A stretch of 64,000 bases of DNA from the human T2T-CHM13v2.0 reference genome, Homo sapiens, in assembly GCF_009914755.1 (NCBI RefSeq), contig NC_060932.1. The stretch is one strand, 5' to 3'. The number at the start of each line of letters is the position of its first letter. Position 1 is the first letter of the stretch. Below, piece after piece: positions 38,621 through 50,600 of this stretch. A program made the translations under genes and the position numbers. Below the pieces are notes generated by a model. That model made no database searches and had not been told where the DNA came from. It saw only the letters and a list, made by a program, of their open reading frames with translations.

Positions 38621-39163
38621 CTGAGCACACCCGACCCAGCCTCTAGTGGCAGCACTGGGATCCCCAAGGGGGGCTGCAGGGCCTCCAGGTTGGCCCTCCC
38701 CTAGCAGCTGCGGCCTGGCGGGGCTCTGGGCTCTTGCTGGGGCTCTGTGCTCCCGGCTGAGGGAGTCCCTGTCCTCTCTGAGCCTCGCTGCCCTCAGATG
38801 CACAGCAGGGATGGACTGAGGCCCCTCCATGGGGGCAGAGAGAGTGCCCACCTCCTGGCCCTGGGTGGTCCCCATCCTGCAGATGGTTGATTTCCTATGC
38901 CAAGATTGCCTAGGGAGGGTCCCACTGGCGGCTCTGGGGTCCACAGGGTGGGGCAGCCCCGGTCAGCCCCAGGCCCGGGTCCCCAAGCTGGGACACTGCC
39001 CAGGGGTTCTTCCTCTCCTTCCAGGGCTCCCCTCCTCCTCCACACCCCCTCCTACGCTTTCACAGAAAAAAGAGTGGAGAAAAGGCAAAAGAAAGAGGTT
39101 TTCTCCTCCGCTTTCTGAAAATGAGATTTTAAAAATAACTCCTGGCGGGGGGAGCGCTGGGAG

Positions 39164-39310
39164 GGGCCTTTCTGGGGAGGCCAGCCAAGCCTGCTCTCCC
39201 TCCTCCATCAGCAGCCACCCCCCAGGGCCTTTCTGGGGAGGCCAGCCGAGCCTGCTCTCCCTCCTCTGTGCCTGCTCTCCCTCCTCCGTCGGCAGCCACC
39301 CCCCGGGGCC
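39164..39310. repeat. ~60-bp tandem duplication with an internal 20-bp re-duplication
   Basis: gggcctttctggggaggccagcc..gcctgctctccctcctc repeated. Confidence 0.8.
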
Positions 39311-40221
39311 TGGGTCTGCATGCCTCCACCTAGAGGCTTCTTCTGCCGGGCCCCCTTCTCTGTCCCTCAGGAAGGTGGGGCCTTCCTGACCTGCTGGAGG
39401 AGGCAGCAAAGGCCAGTGTGTAGCAGGGGGGCTGCTGGGGGGAGGGGGTGATGCTGATGGTGGAGGAATGTATGTCAGGCTGTGGCCCCAGGCAGGAGAA
39501 GGGGGCTGGCTCCTACAAGTCCCCTGCGTCTCCTCTGTCTTGCCGGTGCCCTCGGCCTCCTCTCGGCTCACTGCTCACCAGCCACAGGCCTCCTGGGCTG
39601 ATGTTTCATGGTCCTCAGGGGCTGGGGCTTTTCCTGCCACAGGGCCTTTGCACACGCTGCTCCTAAGGCCCGCCTACCCCCTGCTTCAGCATCATTCCCT
39701 GAAAGGCCATCTCAGATCACAGAATGGACACAGAGTGTCCCCCCCGACCTCGACATTGTCAGAGCTCCCTGCAAATTTCCCTTTCACAGTGGCATTTCCT
39801 TCTGGGTTTCTTTCTGTTGCCCTCCTGCTTACAGTAGAGAGGCACCGGAGGGTGGGCTGGGCACAGATGCTCTTGCTCCCTCACCCCGCACTTAGGCTCT
39901 CGTCATTCCCATTCTTCACCTGCCATCACCTGTGTTTCTCTCTGGGGGGATCTCTGGCCACTGCTGAAGCTACCAGGGAATCCAGCTTTCCTGGGAGCAG
40001 CCCTTGACCCGTGATTTGGGGGCGGGGACAGACGGCTCAGCCCTACCCCTCCGATGGGGTGACCCAGTGGGATCAAGCCCCGGTGGCTTCCAGGATGCTG
40101 AGTGCTTGACAACGCCAATCCGGCTTCCCACCTTCTGAGTCTCTCTTCCTCCCCCACCCCACAGTGTTTCCTGGGATCACATCCTAAGAACATGCCTGCC
40201 CTGAGTTGCTGCCTTGGGGTC

Positions 40222-40560
40222 TGCGTGGTAGGCAGAAGAAATGCCCCAAAAATGTCAATGCTCTCATGCCTGGCACCTGGACTTATTAGTTTTTATGGCA
40301 AAAAAGGGCTTTGTAGCTGGATGAAATTAAGAATCTTTAGGGACATTATTATCCAGGTGGCCCCCAGTGCAATCATGTCTGGCCTTACAAGAGGGAGGCA
40401 GAGGCAGGTTTGACTACAGAAAGAAAGGAGGCCGTGTGGCCCCGGAGGCAGAGGTTGGAGGGAGGCGGCCACCAGCTTTGGCAGAGGTGAGGAAGGCTCC
40501 TGCCAGAACCTCTGGGGCGAGCTTAGCCCTGTTGGCTTGATTTTGGCCCAGGGATGCAAC
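40222..40560 (+). mobile_element. MLT1-type (MaLR) LTR fragment
   Basis: gtggtaggcagaa...tatggcaaaaaagggctttg...attatccaggtggccccc...cttacaagagggaggcaga. Confidence 0.75.
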
Positions 40561-40771
40561 TTTAACCCAGGATGGTGTTAATTAGTTACAGCAGCTCCAG
40601 GAAGCGCACTCTCAGCTGCAGGGGAGCCCACACTGAGACGCACTGGGTGGGCTTCATTCTTGCTGCCAAATGAAGTTGTCCCTCCAGATGCTGGGCACAT
40701 GGCCACCCAGGAGTGGATGGCATGTCCCAGCCTCTCTTGCAGCCAAGGGGGACCACAAGACCAAATCCTCA

Positions 40772-40928
40772 GCCCTGGAATTTGAGAAGTGGAGTGGGCA
40801 GTGCCCTGGAATTTGAGAAGTGGAGTGGGCAGTGCCCTGGAATTTGAGAAGTGGAGTGGGCAGTGCCCTGGAATTTGAGAAGTAGAGTGGGCAGTGCCCT
40901 GGAATTTGAGAAGTGGAGTGGGCAGTGT
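40772..40928. repeat. 31-bp minisatellite, 5 copies (GCCCTGGAATTTGAGAAGTGGAGTGGGCAGT)
   Basis: Directly visible near-perfect copies. Confidence 0.95.
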
Positions 40929-43248
40929 CTCCTTGTGTTCTCCATAGGAAGCTGCCAGCCCACGACTGCCTTTGCCCCTCCCGGGCTGGGACGCGGTACG
41001 TGCCGCTGCACCTCGGCCTCGCAGATGAGGACACCCACCCCTGGGTGAGGGCAGAGCCACAGGCCAAAGAGCCTGGGCTCCTGAGTATCCCCATGGAGCA
41101 GAGCTGCCCTCGAAGCCTGCAGTGGCTGGACTGTTGCAGGAGGGAGACAAATGTTCTGTCTTGTTTTAGCCACTGTATTTGGGGGTGCTTTGTTGCAACA
41201 GCTTAGATGTCTCCCTGACTGATACAGCTTGGTTTAGAGGCCACTAGCCAGCTGAGGCTTGGTCCCCAGGAGGTGCTCAGTGGCGGTCAGCAGAATGAGC
41301 ATGTCAGGATGAACTGTTTCTTCCTCTTGTAGTCACACAATGATATTGATAGCTGAGCTGCCATTCAGGACCATCATTCGGCCGGAGCCCACCAGGCTGA
41401 GCTGAAGTTGACCTGCGCCTGCCTTGAGAATTGGTGTCGGGGGGCCACCTGGCCGGAGCACAGGAAGGTGGAAAACACATGCTGGCCATGTGAATACAGG
41501 ACCACACTCACCACGGCTGATTCTGAGGTCCGAGAGCTGGGTGTGCTCCTGCCTACAGGTGCCTGGAGGGCTGGGCTTCAGCCTCTGCTGGGTCTCCTGG
41601 GCTGCACCCCAGCCTTGCTGGAGGTGGGGGAGGGCATGGAGTGTGGCTTGTCTGGGGAGAAGGGTTCCAGCTCACCTGCTGGGGCTGAGCAGGCCTTTCT
41701 TTAAGTCTGGCCCAGAGGATATGGCCCAGGCCTGTCCTGAGGGGTTCTCAGGGGGGTGGGAAGACAGAATGGGTACAGGGTTTTGCCATGACAACCCTGG
41801 CCTTCCCTGCCTCCCGCATGCCCACCTTCCTAAGTCTGAGGCTGGCACTGACCTAGGAATCTCAGCGGAGGGAGCTGGAGCCTGGGCTGCTCAGAGGGTG
41901 TGGCCCCGAGGGGCAGGGCCCTGGACATGGGACCATGTGCAGCCTGAGGTCATCACCAGGACACATGGGAGCCCATGGAAGGCAATGGAGGGACCATATC
42001 CAAACAGATGACTTCTGATGGGGTGCCAGCCAGGCCTGGGAGGCTCTCAGGTACAGAGCAGGCCAGGTGGGCTTCCTGAAGGAGGTGATATGAGCCAGAA
42101 CCTGAAGGGGGAGCATGAGTTTGCATTGCAGAGGAGAGTGGGAAGGGCACCCTCTCAAGGCAACTGCACAGAGATGTGGAGGTGCAAAAATACAGAGACC
42201 AGGAAAGGGGAGGGGCCCCTGCTCCCCAGTCAAGCCCCGTCCTGTCCTGCGTCACAGCCCTGCTGTATTAGAGGCTGTGGTAACAGAGAGCCTGGCATGA
42301 GTGACACTCAAACACCAGGGGCATTGACTGCTCAATCACATCCCAGTCTGTGGCTGGGGTTCTCCTTGTGAAGAGCCAGGCCCCAGCTCAGGCCCCTGGG
42401 AGCACTTACCTTTCTTTCCCTGAGGCCATCTCTGGCTGCCAGGCTCCTTACAAGCCACACCTGCTGGGGATACAGCAGCCCACGGCTGTTTGGGCAGGCG
42501 GGGTAGCTCTGAGGCCATCTCCGGTAAAACTGTGCTGGGATGCGTCTTCCCAGGCTTTGTTCCCTTCTCTGTCTCATGTCCCCACCCCTACCAGCACTTG
42601 ATCCCACTTTGGGGGAACTGATATCCCCATGAGCTCTTTGTGGCTGAGGCAAGGTCTGACCTGCTTCATAGGGACTACTGGAGTTGCTGAAGATGGGGAC
42701 TGCTGACCTGGGCTCTGAAGACTTCGGGAATGCCTGTGGGAGCCCCGTGGTCTGGAGGGACAGGCCAGCTGAGGCTGGATCAAGGCCTCAGCTGCCCTGA
42801 GAGCACTCACAGGCTGCGGCTGTGGACACCAGGCTGACCCGAGGTGAGTCAGGAGGAAGAGTGCTGGTGGGGACAGGCTGGCGGTCTCTGGGTGCCAGGT
42901 TCTCATGGTCTCTGAGCAGGGCAGGTGAGCAGATGTGACTGGGGATTGATCTCGGAGGGTTGCTGGGTGCAATGGGAAGGGTTAAGGATGGGAGGCTGGC
43001 CCAGAGGGTGGCCCTGCAGGGTCCAGGCGAGGGGCAGGGTGCTGGGTGAGGGGCTGCAGTGATGCCCACAGAGAGTTTAGTGCGCAAGAGGCCACTGAGC
43101 CCACAGGTCCCCACTCAGCCTCCCCCACAGCCCCAGCCCACTCCTGAGTGGAGGCCCTTTAAACGCAAGGTTCTGTCCTCCCCTGGGAGGCCCCTCCCCG
43201 TCTCCTGGGCAGCCTAGTAAACAGAAGCCTGTCTCCCGGGCTGCTGGC

Positions 43249-43327
43249 ATGGCCTCCTCTTGTCCTGGGACCCCCAGCCCAGCAGGTCTGCCCCCTCCTT
43301 CTGTAGCCACTCCAGGCGAGACACTTG
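43249..43327 (+). CDS. C8orf90: Coding exon 1 of an uncharacterised 192-aa protein (MASSCPGTPSPAGLPPPSVATPGETL-G)
   Basis: ATG in good Kozak context (ctggcATGG); donor TTG|GTGAGG; phase 1 matches the acceptor at 47130; name from recall. Confidence 0.72.
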
Positions 43328-43714
43328 GTGAGGGAGGGGAATGGACGGGAAGGGGGACGGGGCACCTGGGGCTCTGAGAATGTGGGAGCAGGAAGCGGCC
43401 CTCTGACCCATCTTCCAGAAGAAGATGCTCTGCCAAGGTCATGAAGGAGAGTGGCAGTGGGGCTGGGCCAGGATGGGGGCATGCGGGCATCAAAGCCTCC
43501 CTGTAAAGGTCCTTCTCCTCCCTACGCTCCCCAATGCTCTGATGCTCTGAAGTCCCCAGGGAAGGGGTTGGCTCTCTTCCTGAAGCCTTTGGATCTATGG
43601 ACCTGGAGGTGTGCAGGGTCCTTCTCACTCTTTAGGGCCCCTTCCGGATCATTCTCCTGCCCTTGCCTCTTCTAAAACTCAGCTCTGGATCTCAGAGGCA
43701 GTGGGAGGGGCAGC

Positions 43715-44232
43715 CAGCCATCCATTCACTCACCCATCTATCCACCCATCCACCCACCCATTCACCCACCCACCCATCCATCCATCCACCCAACCATCCA
43801 TGCATCCATCCATCCATCCATCCATCCATCCATCCATCCATCCATCCACACTTCCACCCACCCACCCACCCAACCATCCATCCATCCATCCACCCACACT
43901 TCCACCCACCCACTCATTCACTCCCCCACCCATCCACCCACCCACACATTCATCCATACATCCATCCACCCACACACCTCTCTACCCACCCATCCATCCA
44001 CCCATCCACCCACCCATTCACCCAATCACCCATCCATGCATCCACCCAGGCACCCACCCATCCACCCACCCATTCACCCACCCAACCCACCTACCCATCC
44101 ATCCATCCATCCACCCATCCACCCACCCACCCACCTATCCATCTATTCATCCATCCATCTATCCATCCATCCATCCATCCATCCACCCATCCACCCACTC
44201 CTCCACCCACTCATCTGCCCACCCATCCGTGC
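43715..44232. repeat. (CCAT/CCAC)n simple repeat in the C8orf90 intron
   Basis: Directly visible. Confidence 0.93.
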
Positions 44233-44699
44233 ACCCTGCTCATGGTCAATGCCTTCACTCCTAAAGACCCTGGCCCCTGCCCTGCCCTGTCCCTAGCTCT
44301 CCTGTCATCCTGTTGGTGATTTCTCTCAGCCCCTCGGACTCCTGTAAGGATTTTGTCCTCTCACCCAGCCACCCACCCGACAAACTGTACCCAAACTGCA
44401 GTCCCCTTGTCCCCACCGCACTCTGGGGATTCTTGCCCCAGCTCCTGCCCTCGAGGGCCAGCCCCAGCACTCCTTTAGTGAGGTGGAAGCCCACAGTGTC
44501 TTCCACCTGTCTGGCCTCCTCCACCCCTCCTCACATCTTTGCCATGGCCTCTTCCCCCTCACTGGCCCCTCTCCTGTTTTCTTGTACTAGTCTGGCAGCT
44601 CCAACTCCCTGCTACCCTTGCCTGTGCCCTTGCAGTGGGCTGCAGCTGAGTGAACTCCACCTTGCTAATGCCTGCACTTGGCTTCAGCAGCAAGGAGGC

Positions 44700-45560
44700 C
44701 GGCTCCGCTGCCCTCCCTGGTCTGCCCAGCCTCTCCTCACCTAGCAACCACCTCGCACCTTCTCTCCCTCTAAGCCCCCATCGTCTCTCTCCTCACACTG
44801 TGCTGCTGGCCTTGCACCCTCCTTCCCTGAGAAGCTGAAGGCATTGGAAGAGGACTTTGCTGGTGCCCACCCACTGTACTTGTGGCATTGGGCGCTGTCC
44901 ACCCCGGCCTGCTCCTGTGAATGCCCCATCCCTCCTCCCAGCCAAAGGCAGCATTCAGCTTCTCCCATTCCATCCCCCAACTCACGCTGTCACTCCAGCA
45001 ACTCTTCACCCTCTTTCTCCTGCATCATGATACCGCTCTTTCCCAGGTCGTTCCCACTGGCATGAAAGCATGCTGCGATTTATCCTGTCTCTTGACCCCA
45101 CTTCCCTTCCGTCTCCTGCCCTACTTCTCTGCTCCACATTCAGAGCCGAACCTCAGGAAGGTCATTTGTCTTTGCTGCCTCCACGTTCTCCCCTCTCCTT
45201 TGCTCTTGAACCCACTCTCACCGGGTTTTAATTTCCAGTGCTTCACTAAAGCAGCTCTAGCAAAAGTCATCAATGACCTCTGCGCTGATAAGTCCGAGGT
45301 CACTTGGACTCATTTGATGTGATGCGCCGGCAGCACACGGCTCAGGTCCCTGCTGCCACACTTCCCACGCTCCCATCACTGCCCGCTCCCTCTTGGTGCC
45401 CTCACTGGCTCCTCATCTCCTTGACCTGGTCAGGAGGGAGGACCCGAAGCTCTCTGCTTGCGCTTCTGCCCTTTCTAACCCAACTCCCTCAGTGATTCAT
45501 CTAGTTTTGTGGCTTAAACATCATCTCCCCAGTGTCTATCTCCAGCCTCGACCCCTCTAC
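44700..45560 (+). mobile_element. Degraded L2 (ORF2 region)
   Basis: L2 motifs (ttcactaaagcagctctagcaaaagtcatcaatgacctc; gtggcttaaacatcatct). Confidence 0.6.
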
Positions 45561-46113
45561 AAGCAGAGCAGTCCAGGCTCTTGTGTGAGCGGATCTTCTC
45601 CAGCCTCTGGGCTCCACTCTTATCCCCAGCATGGCGCTGTCCACGGTGCTGATTTAGGAAAGTACTTCCCATTGATCAAACAGGCTGGTCAATGTCATCT
45701 CATCTGCAACTGCAGCAGAACAGGGTTGGTTGGCTCCATTTTCAGAGGCTCATGGAAGGTGAAAGACTAGCCCAGGCCCTGACAGGTGGAAGGACCCCCA
45801 CGTCTGTGCTCCTCATGGCTGTAGTCAATGGCTCAAACAGAGCCTGCCTGCCACACAGTAGGTGCTCAGTGAATATTTGTGCAGAGGGAAGAGACTCTTA
45901 ATCAAAAGGCCCTTGAGCCGGGGGCGTGGCATAGTGGAAAGTGATTGCCCAGCCCAGGGCTTCAGCTTGGCATCTGTGTATGACTTCTCTGGGTCTGTAT
46001 CCTCACCAGTAAAACAGACTGAATATTGTTACCCCTCCCAAGGGTGTTGGGAGAAGGATCTGACAATTCATGGTCATATTCATCCATTCCCACTTCCTAG
46101 CCTCCCAGTGTGG

Positions 46114-46254
46114 CCATCCCCAGACAGCTGCCTGGTCTGGCTCCTGTGTCCACCTGACTACATTCTTTCCTGGACTGTGTGCCCATCCCCAGACAGCTGC
46201 CTGGTCTGGCTCCTGTGTCCACCTGACTACATTCTTTCCTGGACTGTGTGCCCA
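46114..46254. repeat. Perfect 69-bp tandem duplication
   Basis: ccatccccagacagctgcc...tggactgtgtgc at 46114 and 46183. Confidence 0.93.
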
Positions 46255-47129
46255 AGTGAGGTCCCATGGCTGCTTTGCTCACTTCAGTATCCCTACAGCT
46301 AAGCACATTTGCTGAATGAAAGAAAGAAAGAAGGAATGTAGGGGTCTCTCCTGAATGGAGGACCTAGATTTGGGCAGGGTGTGGACCATGGGCCAGCAAC
46401 GTGGGTGCCTTCTGGGGACCACGGATAGGCTGAAGGGTGGCATGACTGAACCAAAACCAAACTCCTCTTCCACCTCCGCTCCCTCCTGGGGCCGCACCTC
46501 CCTCTGGATTCCAGGGTCAGCTGTGTCCAGGCTGCGAGCCAGGCTGTTCCCACAGGCTCCTCCCTGTCTCTGTCTACAAGGCCTGGCGATCTGGCCCTGC
46601 AGCCTCTCCCCAGGTGGCGTTTTCCCATCCTCATGTTCATCTTGTCCTCCCCTGGATCTGACCTTGAAGCTGGGCCCCCAAAGTCCATTCTCTGCACAGC
46701 GGCCGGATCAACTTTCAACTGAGAGTGACTGCTTCACCTCCTGCCCCAAGCTGGCCACTGTCTTCAGGGAGAACCTCAACATCCTAAGCTCGCTCAGTCC
46801 CCACGTGGTCACGCTGGCCAAAGTCTGCAGCCTCCTCGCCATCGGGAAGGCTCTGCCCAAAGAGTACTTAGTGAGCATCCCCTTCCGTACACCCAGGACC
46901 TCCCTCTCTTCCTGGTTTGCTGTTGCTGTTCCCTCAGAAATGCAGGGCCCGGCCTCGCCTCATCACCAGGTGGCCCTGGCCATCCCCAGCTCTGCCTTTC
47001 GAGCTCATTCGGCGGCTCCTTCCAGACTGGCCACCTCTCTTCGCGCCCGGCCTCCTGGTCTCCCGCCTGCGCGGGCCGCTCCCGGCCCTCCCCGCCCTGC
47101 CGGGCGTTCACTGTCCCCTCCGCCCGCAG

Positions 47130-47629
47130 GTCCCGCGGCGCCCCCGGAGCCCGCCTTCCCGGACATCTACGGCGGGGACGCGCAGCTCTGGGAGGCGCAT
47201 TTCCGCGGCATCGGGCGCGCCTACCGCGCGCTGGGCAAGCAGGACGACTTCGCCATCCGCGTGCTCACCGAGAACTTCACGCTGCCCTTCCCGTTCGCCT
47301 GGCCGCCGGGGTCCGACCCCGCCTGCGGGCCGCTCTTCTACGACCCCCGCGACCGCGCAGACTTCGACTTCCTGCTGCGCGGCCCCGGAGCTTCGCCCCC
47401 AGCGCTGCTGCGGCCCCTGCACGCCACGGCCCAGGCAGCGATGCGCAAGCGGCGCCTGGAGCGGCTGGCCCTGAGCTGCGCCCGCGCGCGGGGCCCGGGC
47501 CCGGCCTCGTCCTGCTGCTGCCCGGCCCCGCCGCCGCCTTCCCGGAGCCCGAGGCCAGCGCTTCCAGCGACGGCACCCCCAGGCTGGCCCAGGCCCCGCC
47601 GCTGCCCCGAGAGCGAACAGAATAAATAA
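47130..47629 (+). CDS. C8orf90: Coding exon 2 of an uncharacterised protein (PAAPPEPAFPDIYGGDAQLWEAHFRGIGRAYRALG...ESEQNK*)
   Basis: Acceptor ctcactgtcccctccgcccgcag-like|GT; strong GC3 codon bias; globular-looking aromatic-rich core; TAA at 47627-47629; lies in a CpG island. Confidence 0.85.
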
Positions 47630-47630
47630 A
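47621..47630 (+). terminator. Two overlapping AATAAA polyadenylation signals
   Basis: AATAAATAAA in otherwise very GC-rich DNA, overlapping the last two codons and the stop of C8orf90. Confidence 0.75.
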
Positions 47631-50600
47631 GACTTTCCCCAGCTCTCCCGCGCCCGGCGCTTTTCTGCACACACTCCGACAGGCCTGGGCGGCTGGGCCC
47701 GGCGGGGAAGGGGGGCGGTGGGACGGTGGGACGGTGGACCAGGAACCCAACTGGGACACCGGGCCAGGCCGGGCAGCGGTGGGCCTGGGAAGCCGCATGG
47801 GTCCGAAGGTGCAGTGAACATATTCGCAGTAGAAACGGTGACGGAGGCAGGCCCTCTTCAGAGGGAGGAGGACCCGGGTACGGTGGGTGGGGGGGCCGGG
47901 CCTCCACCCTCAGTGCCCGCGCCCTGGGACCCTCCCCACAGCTCTGCGGTGGGGACTAGCGTCCCCATCCCACAGACCAGCATACCAAGGCCCCATGCCT
48001 CCAGGGAACAGCTGGGATTTAGTTTGCCACATGCAGACACCAAGTCTGGCAGCTTTCCCGTTTCCCATGATAGAGGGGGCAGCAGGATGGGGAGGGGGCC
48101 GGGAGAAGGGGCGACGCAGCAGAACAGAGGAAGAGAAAGGAAAGGAGTGGAGAGCATGCGTGGGGCAGAGAGACGCGAAGGAGGGGGCACCACAAGGCAC
48201 CTGCCCCTCACTTGCTGCCTCCCCCTTCCTGGTCCTTGGGGAGGGGCTGCCTCCTGCTTCCCCCGTGTGGGGCTGAGAGAGTCTGTTGAGCCCAGCATGG
48301 CCAGCAATGACCTGGCCTCTGCCCTGGACCACCTCCCTCTGCAGGTGACAAACCCCTGCCAGAGGCCTGGCTCTGCTGTGGGCCCGCTGGTGGCAGGGCG
48401 GGACGACGGCATGACCCCGATATCTCCTCCTCCTCCTCCCCACAGAACACCAAGCAGGGAGGCCAAGTGGCCTTCAGGAGAGGTGCCATGGTCTCACGCT
48501 GGGAGCTTGCAACCCAGGCGTGCAGGGGAGACCACATCAAGTGCAGGTGGAATCCGGGTGTTTTTTTTTTTTTTCTTTTCTTTTTTTCCCGAATCCAGGA
48601 GTTATTTATCACATGCCAGTCATGGGGAGAAAAGGTTTTTCCAAGCCCTGGTTTTGCTGAAGAAGCAGTTGTGGATGGGAACAGTCATCTCTGGAGAAGG
48701 AGGAAACCCTGGGCTGGGAAGAGGCATCTCCAGCCTCCCCCTCCTCTGCTGCCACCGGCCCCAGCTGAGACGCCAGCCCCTGCTCCAGGCTTCTCCCACC
48801 TGGGGCCTTGTTTCTTCAGTTCTACAGATGCACAGTTACATTGCAATAATAACCATGCGTTTGAATCCTGACGGGGCAGCAGCAGTAATGACATTAGGTA
48901 CTATATATCCTATATTGCATATGAATTGGGGTCCCCAGAAGCAGTCCCTGAACATGGATTTTGGTGCGAGTGGTTTGTTTGAGACGTGGTCCTTGGAAAC
49001 ACAGGCAGGGAGTGAGGACGCAGGACAGGCAGGGAAAGAAGCCAGGAAGGGTGCAATGGGAGCAAATTACCCCTGTGGGCACTGGAGGTCAGTCCTATGG
49101 GGGACCCCTGGGAGACAGTGTGGTGCGTGCCCCGGAGCTGTCCCACCCAGGGAGAGTGGCACCAAGCACTACTACCTCCTTGTCATCACTGGCAGTTTGG
49201 CTTACCTGTGGGGTATGCATCCAGCTCCCCTGAAAACAGCAACTAACAGTGACCACTGAGAAATGTTTATAACAATTCGATGAGTAATTTTATGACTGGA
49301 GAGTGTAACAAGATAAATGTGGGGTTTATACTTTGTGCTTTTTAAAACTACATTTTTCTAGAAATTTATTTTTAAAGTAGTTTACAGCAGTGTGGGGCTG
49401 TGTCAGATTGGAAACAAAAACCTTGGTCCTTCACCACTGCTAGCATGGGAAGCTTGGTCTAGGGAACCCAGACCCAAGGCAAGTAATCAAATAGGAAACA
49501 AACACGGTGAAGAAATGCAGTGAGTACTGTGAAGGACATGAAGAGACTGACTGTACTTCAAATAGGGTGGTCAGAGAGGCGAGTCACCCTGGAGAAGGCG
49601 GCGTTGAAGCTGAGGATGGAAGGATGAGGAGCAGCCAGTTATATGGACATTGGGGAGGACACTTCAGGCCAAGGGGGCCGTGTGGGCAAAGGCTGGGGAA
49701 TGAAACAGAGCTTCAAGGGTCAAAGAATGGGAACCAGGGCTCTTTCAAGCTGGAGCAAATGGAGCAGTATGTTATTTGAAGCTCTGACTGGCTTAAACCA
49801 CAAAAGGGACTAAATGGTTCATGTAATTGGAACATTCAGAAATAAGATGAGCTTCAGGGAAGGTTTGATCCAGGGGCTCAGTGTTGTTATGGAGGCCCAA
49901 TCTTCTGTGATGCCAGTTCTACCCTCAGACTAGTTTCCTCAGTAGTGGTAACATGGTAGATGCAGCTCCTGACTACACAGTCTGCCTGGCCACTGAGAAG
50001 GCCAGAGGCCACTGGCTTCCATGAGCTGTCTCAGATGAGCAGCTGTATGTCCTGCAAAGCCCTGGGAGTCTCCTCACATGACCCATGGGTCTGGTTGGGT
50101 CATGTGCCCAATCCTGAACTATCCCTGCGGCCGAGGGAGTAGCATGCATTGATTGGCTTAGGCCTGTATTGCCTGAATCTGTGGCAAGGGGGTAGGGTGA
50201 CATTGGCTGGATTGTGACAATAAGGTCCAGAACACTGTGTGGCCCACAGTGGGGGAGCTGACCTCCATGTCCAGCACCGCCAAGTGGTATGAACCCTGGG
50301 ATTTGCTCCAGGGCTGACTTCTGCTAAATCTCATGACTTCCTTCCAGTTAGACCGGCTGCTCCCACAGAAAAGCATGGTCAGAAACGACCCCAGGCTGGA
50401 GTCTCTGTCTTTTGTGTAAAGCAGAGTCGATAATCTGTTTTCTCAGCATCTGTTCTGTGCTGTGCCTGATGCTGAGGCTGGGCATTCACGGAGGGAAGAT
50501 GCTTCCTGCCTCCAGGAGCTGGCAGATGGAGGGCTGGGAGGGTGTCAAGACAACAGACTGCCCGCATTGCCCCTTGAACAACAGCCTGGGCAATTCCTCC

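Larger units (their letters stand above)
46940..47780. promoter_or_regulatory. CpG island covering C8orf90 exon 2
   Basis: Very high GC and CpG density, seen directly. Confidence 0.85.

Noticed and set aside
43313-43321. GC-AG donor (CAG|GCGAGA) for C8orf90 exon 1
   Set aside because: A canonical GT donor in the same phase lies 12 nt downstream (TTG|GTGAGG) and is the simpler call
43611-44319. His/Pro-rich ORFs
   Set aside because: Translation of the (CCAT)n simple repeat
46355-47129. N-terminal 258 aa of the 424-aa ORF
   Set aside because: Upstream of a clear acceptor at 47130, overlaps L2-like sequence and lacks the codon bias of the exon; likely intronic, though a retained-intron isoform cannot be excluded
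47718-49259. 513-aa plus-strand ORF
   Set aside because: Non-ATG start, crosses a poly-T run and LTR-like sequence, no recognisable domain, and lies downstream of the polyA signal
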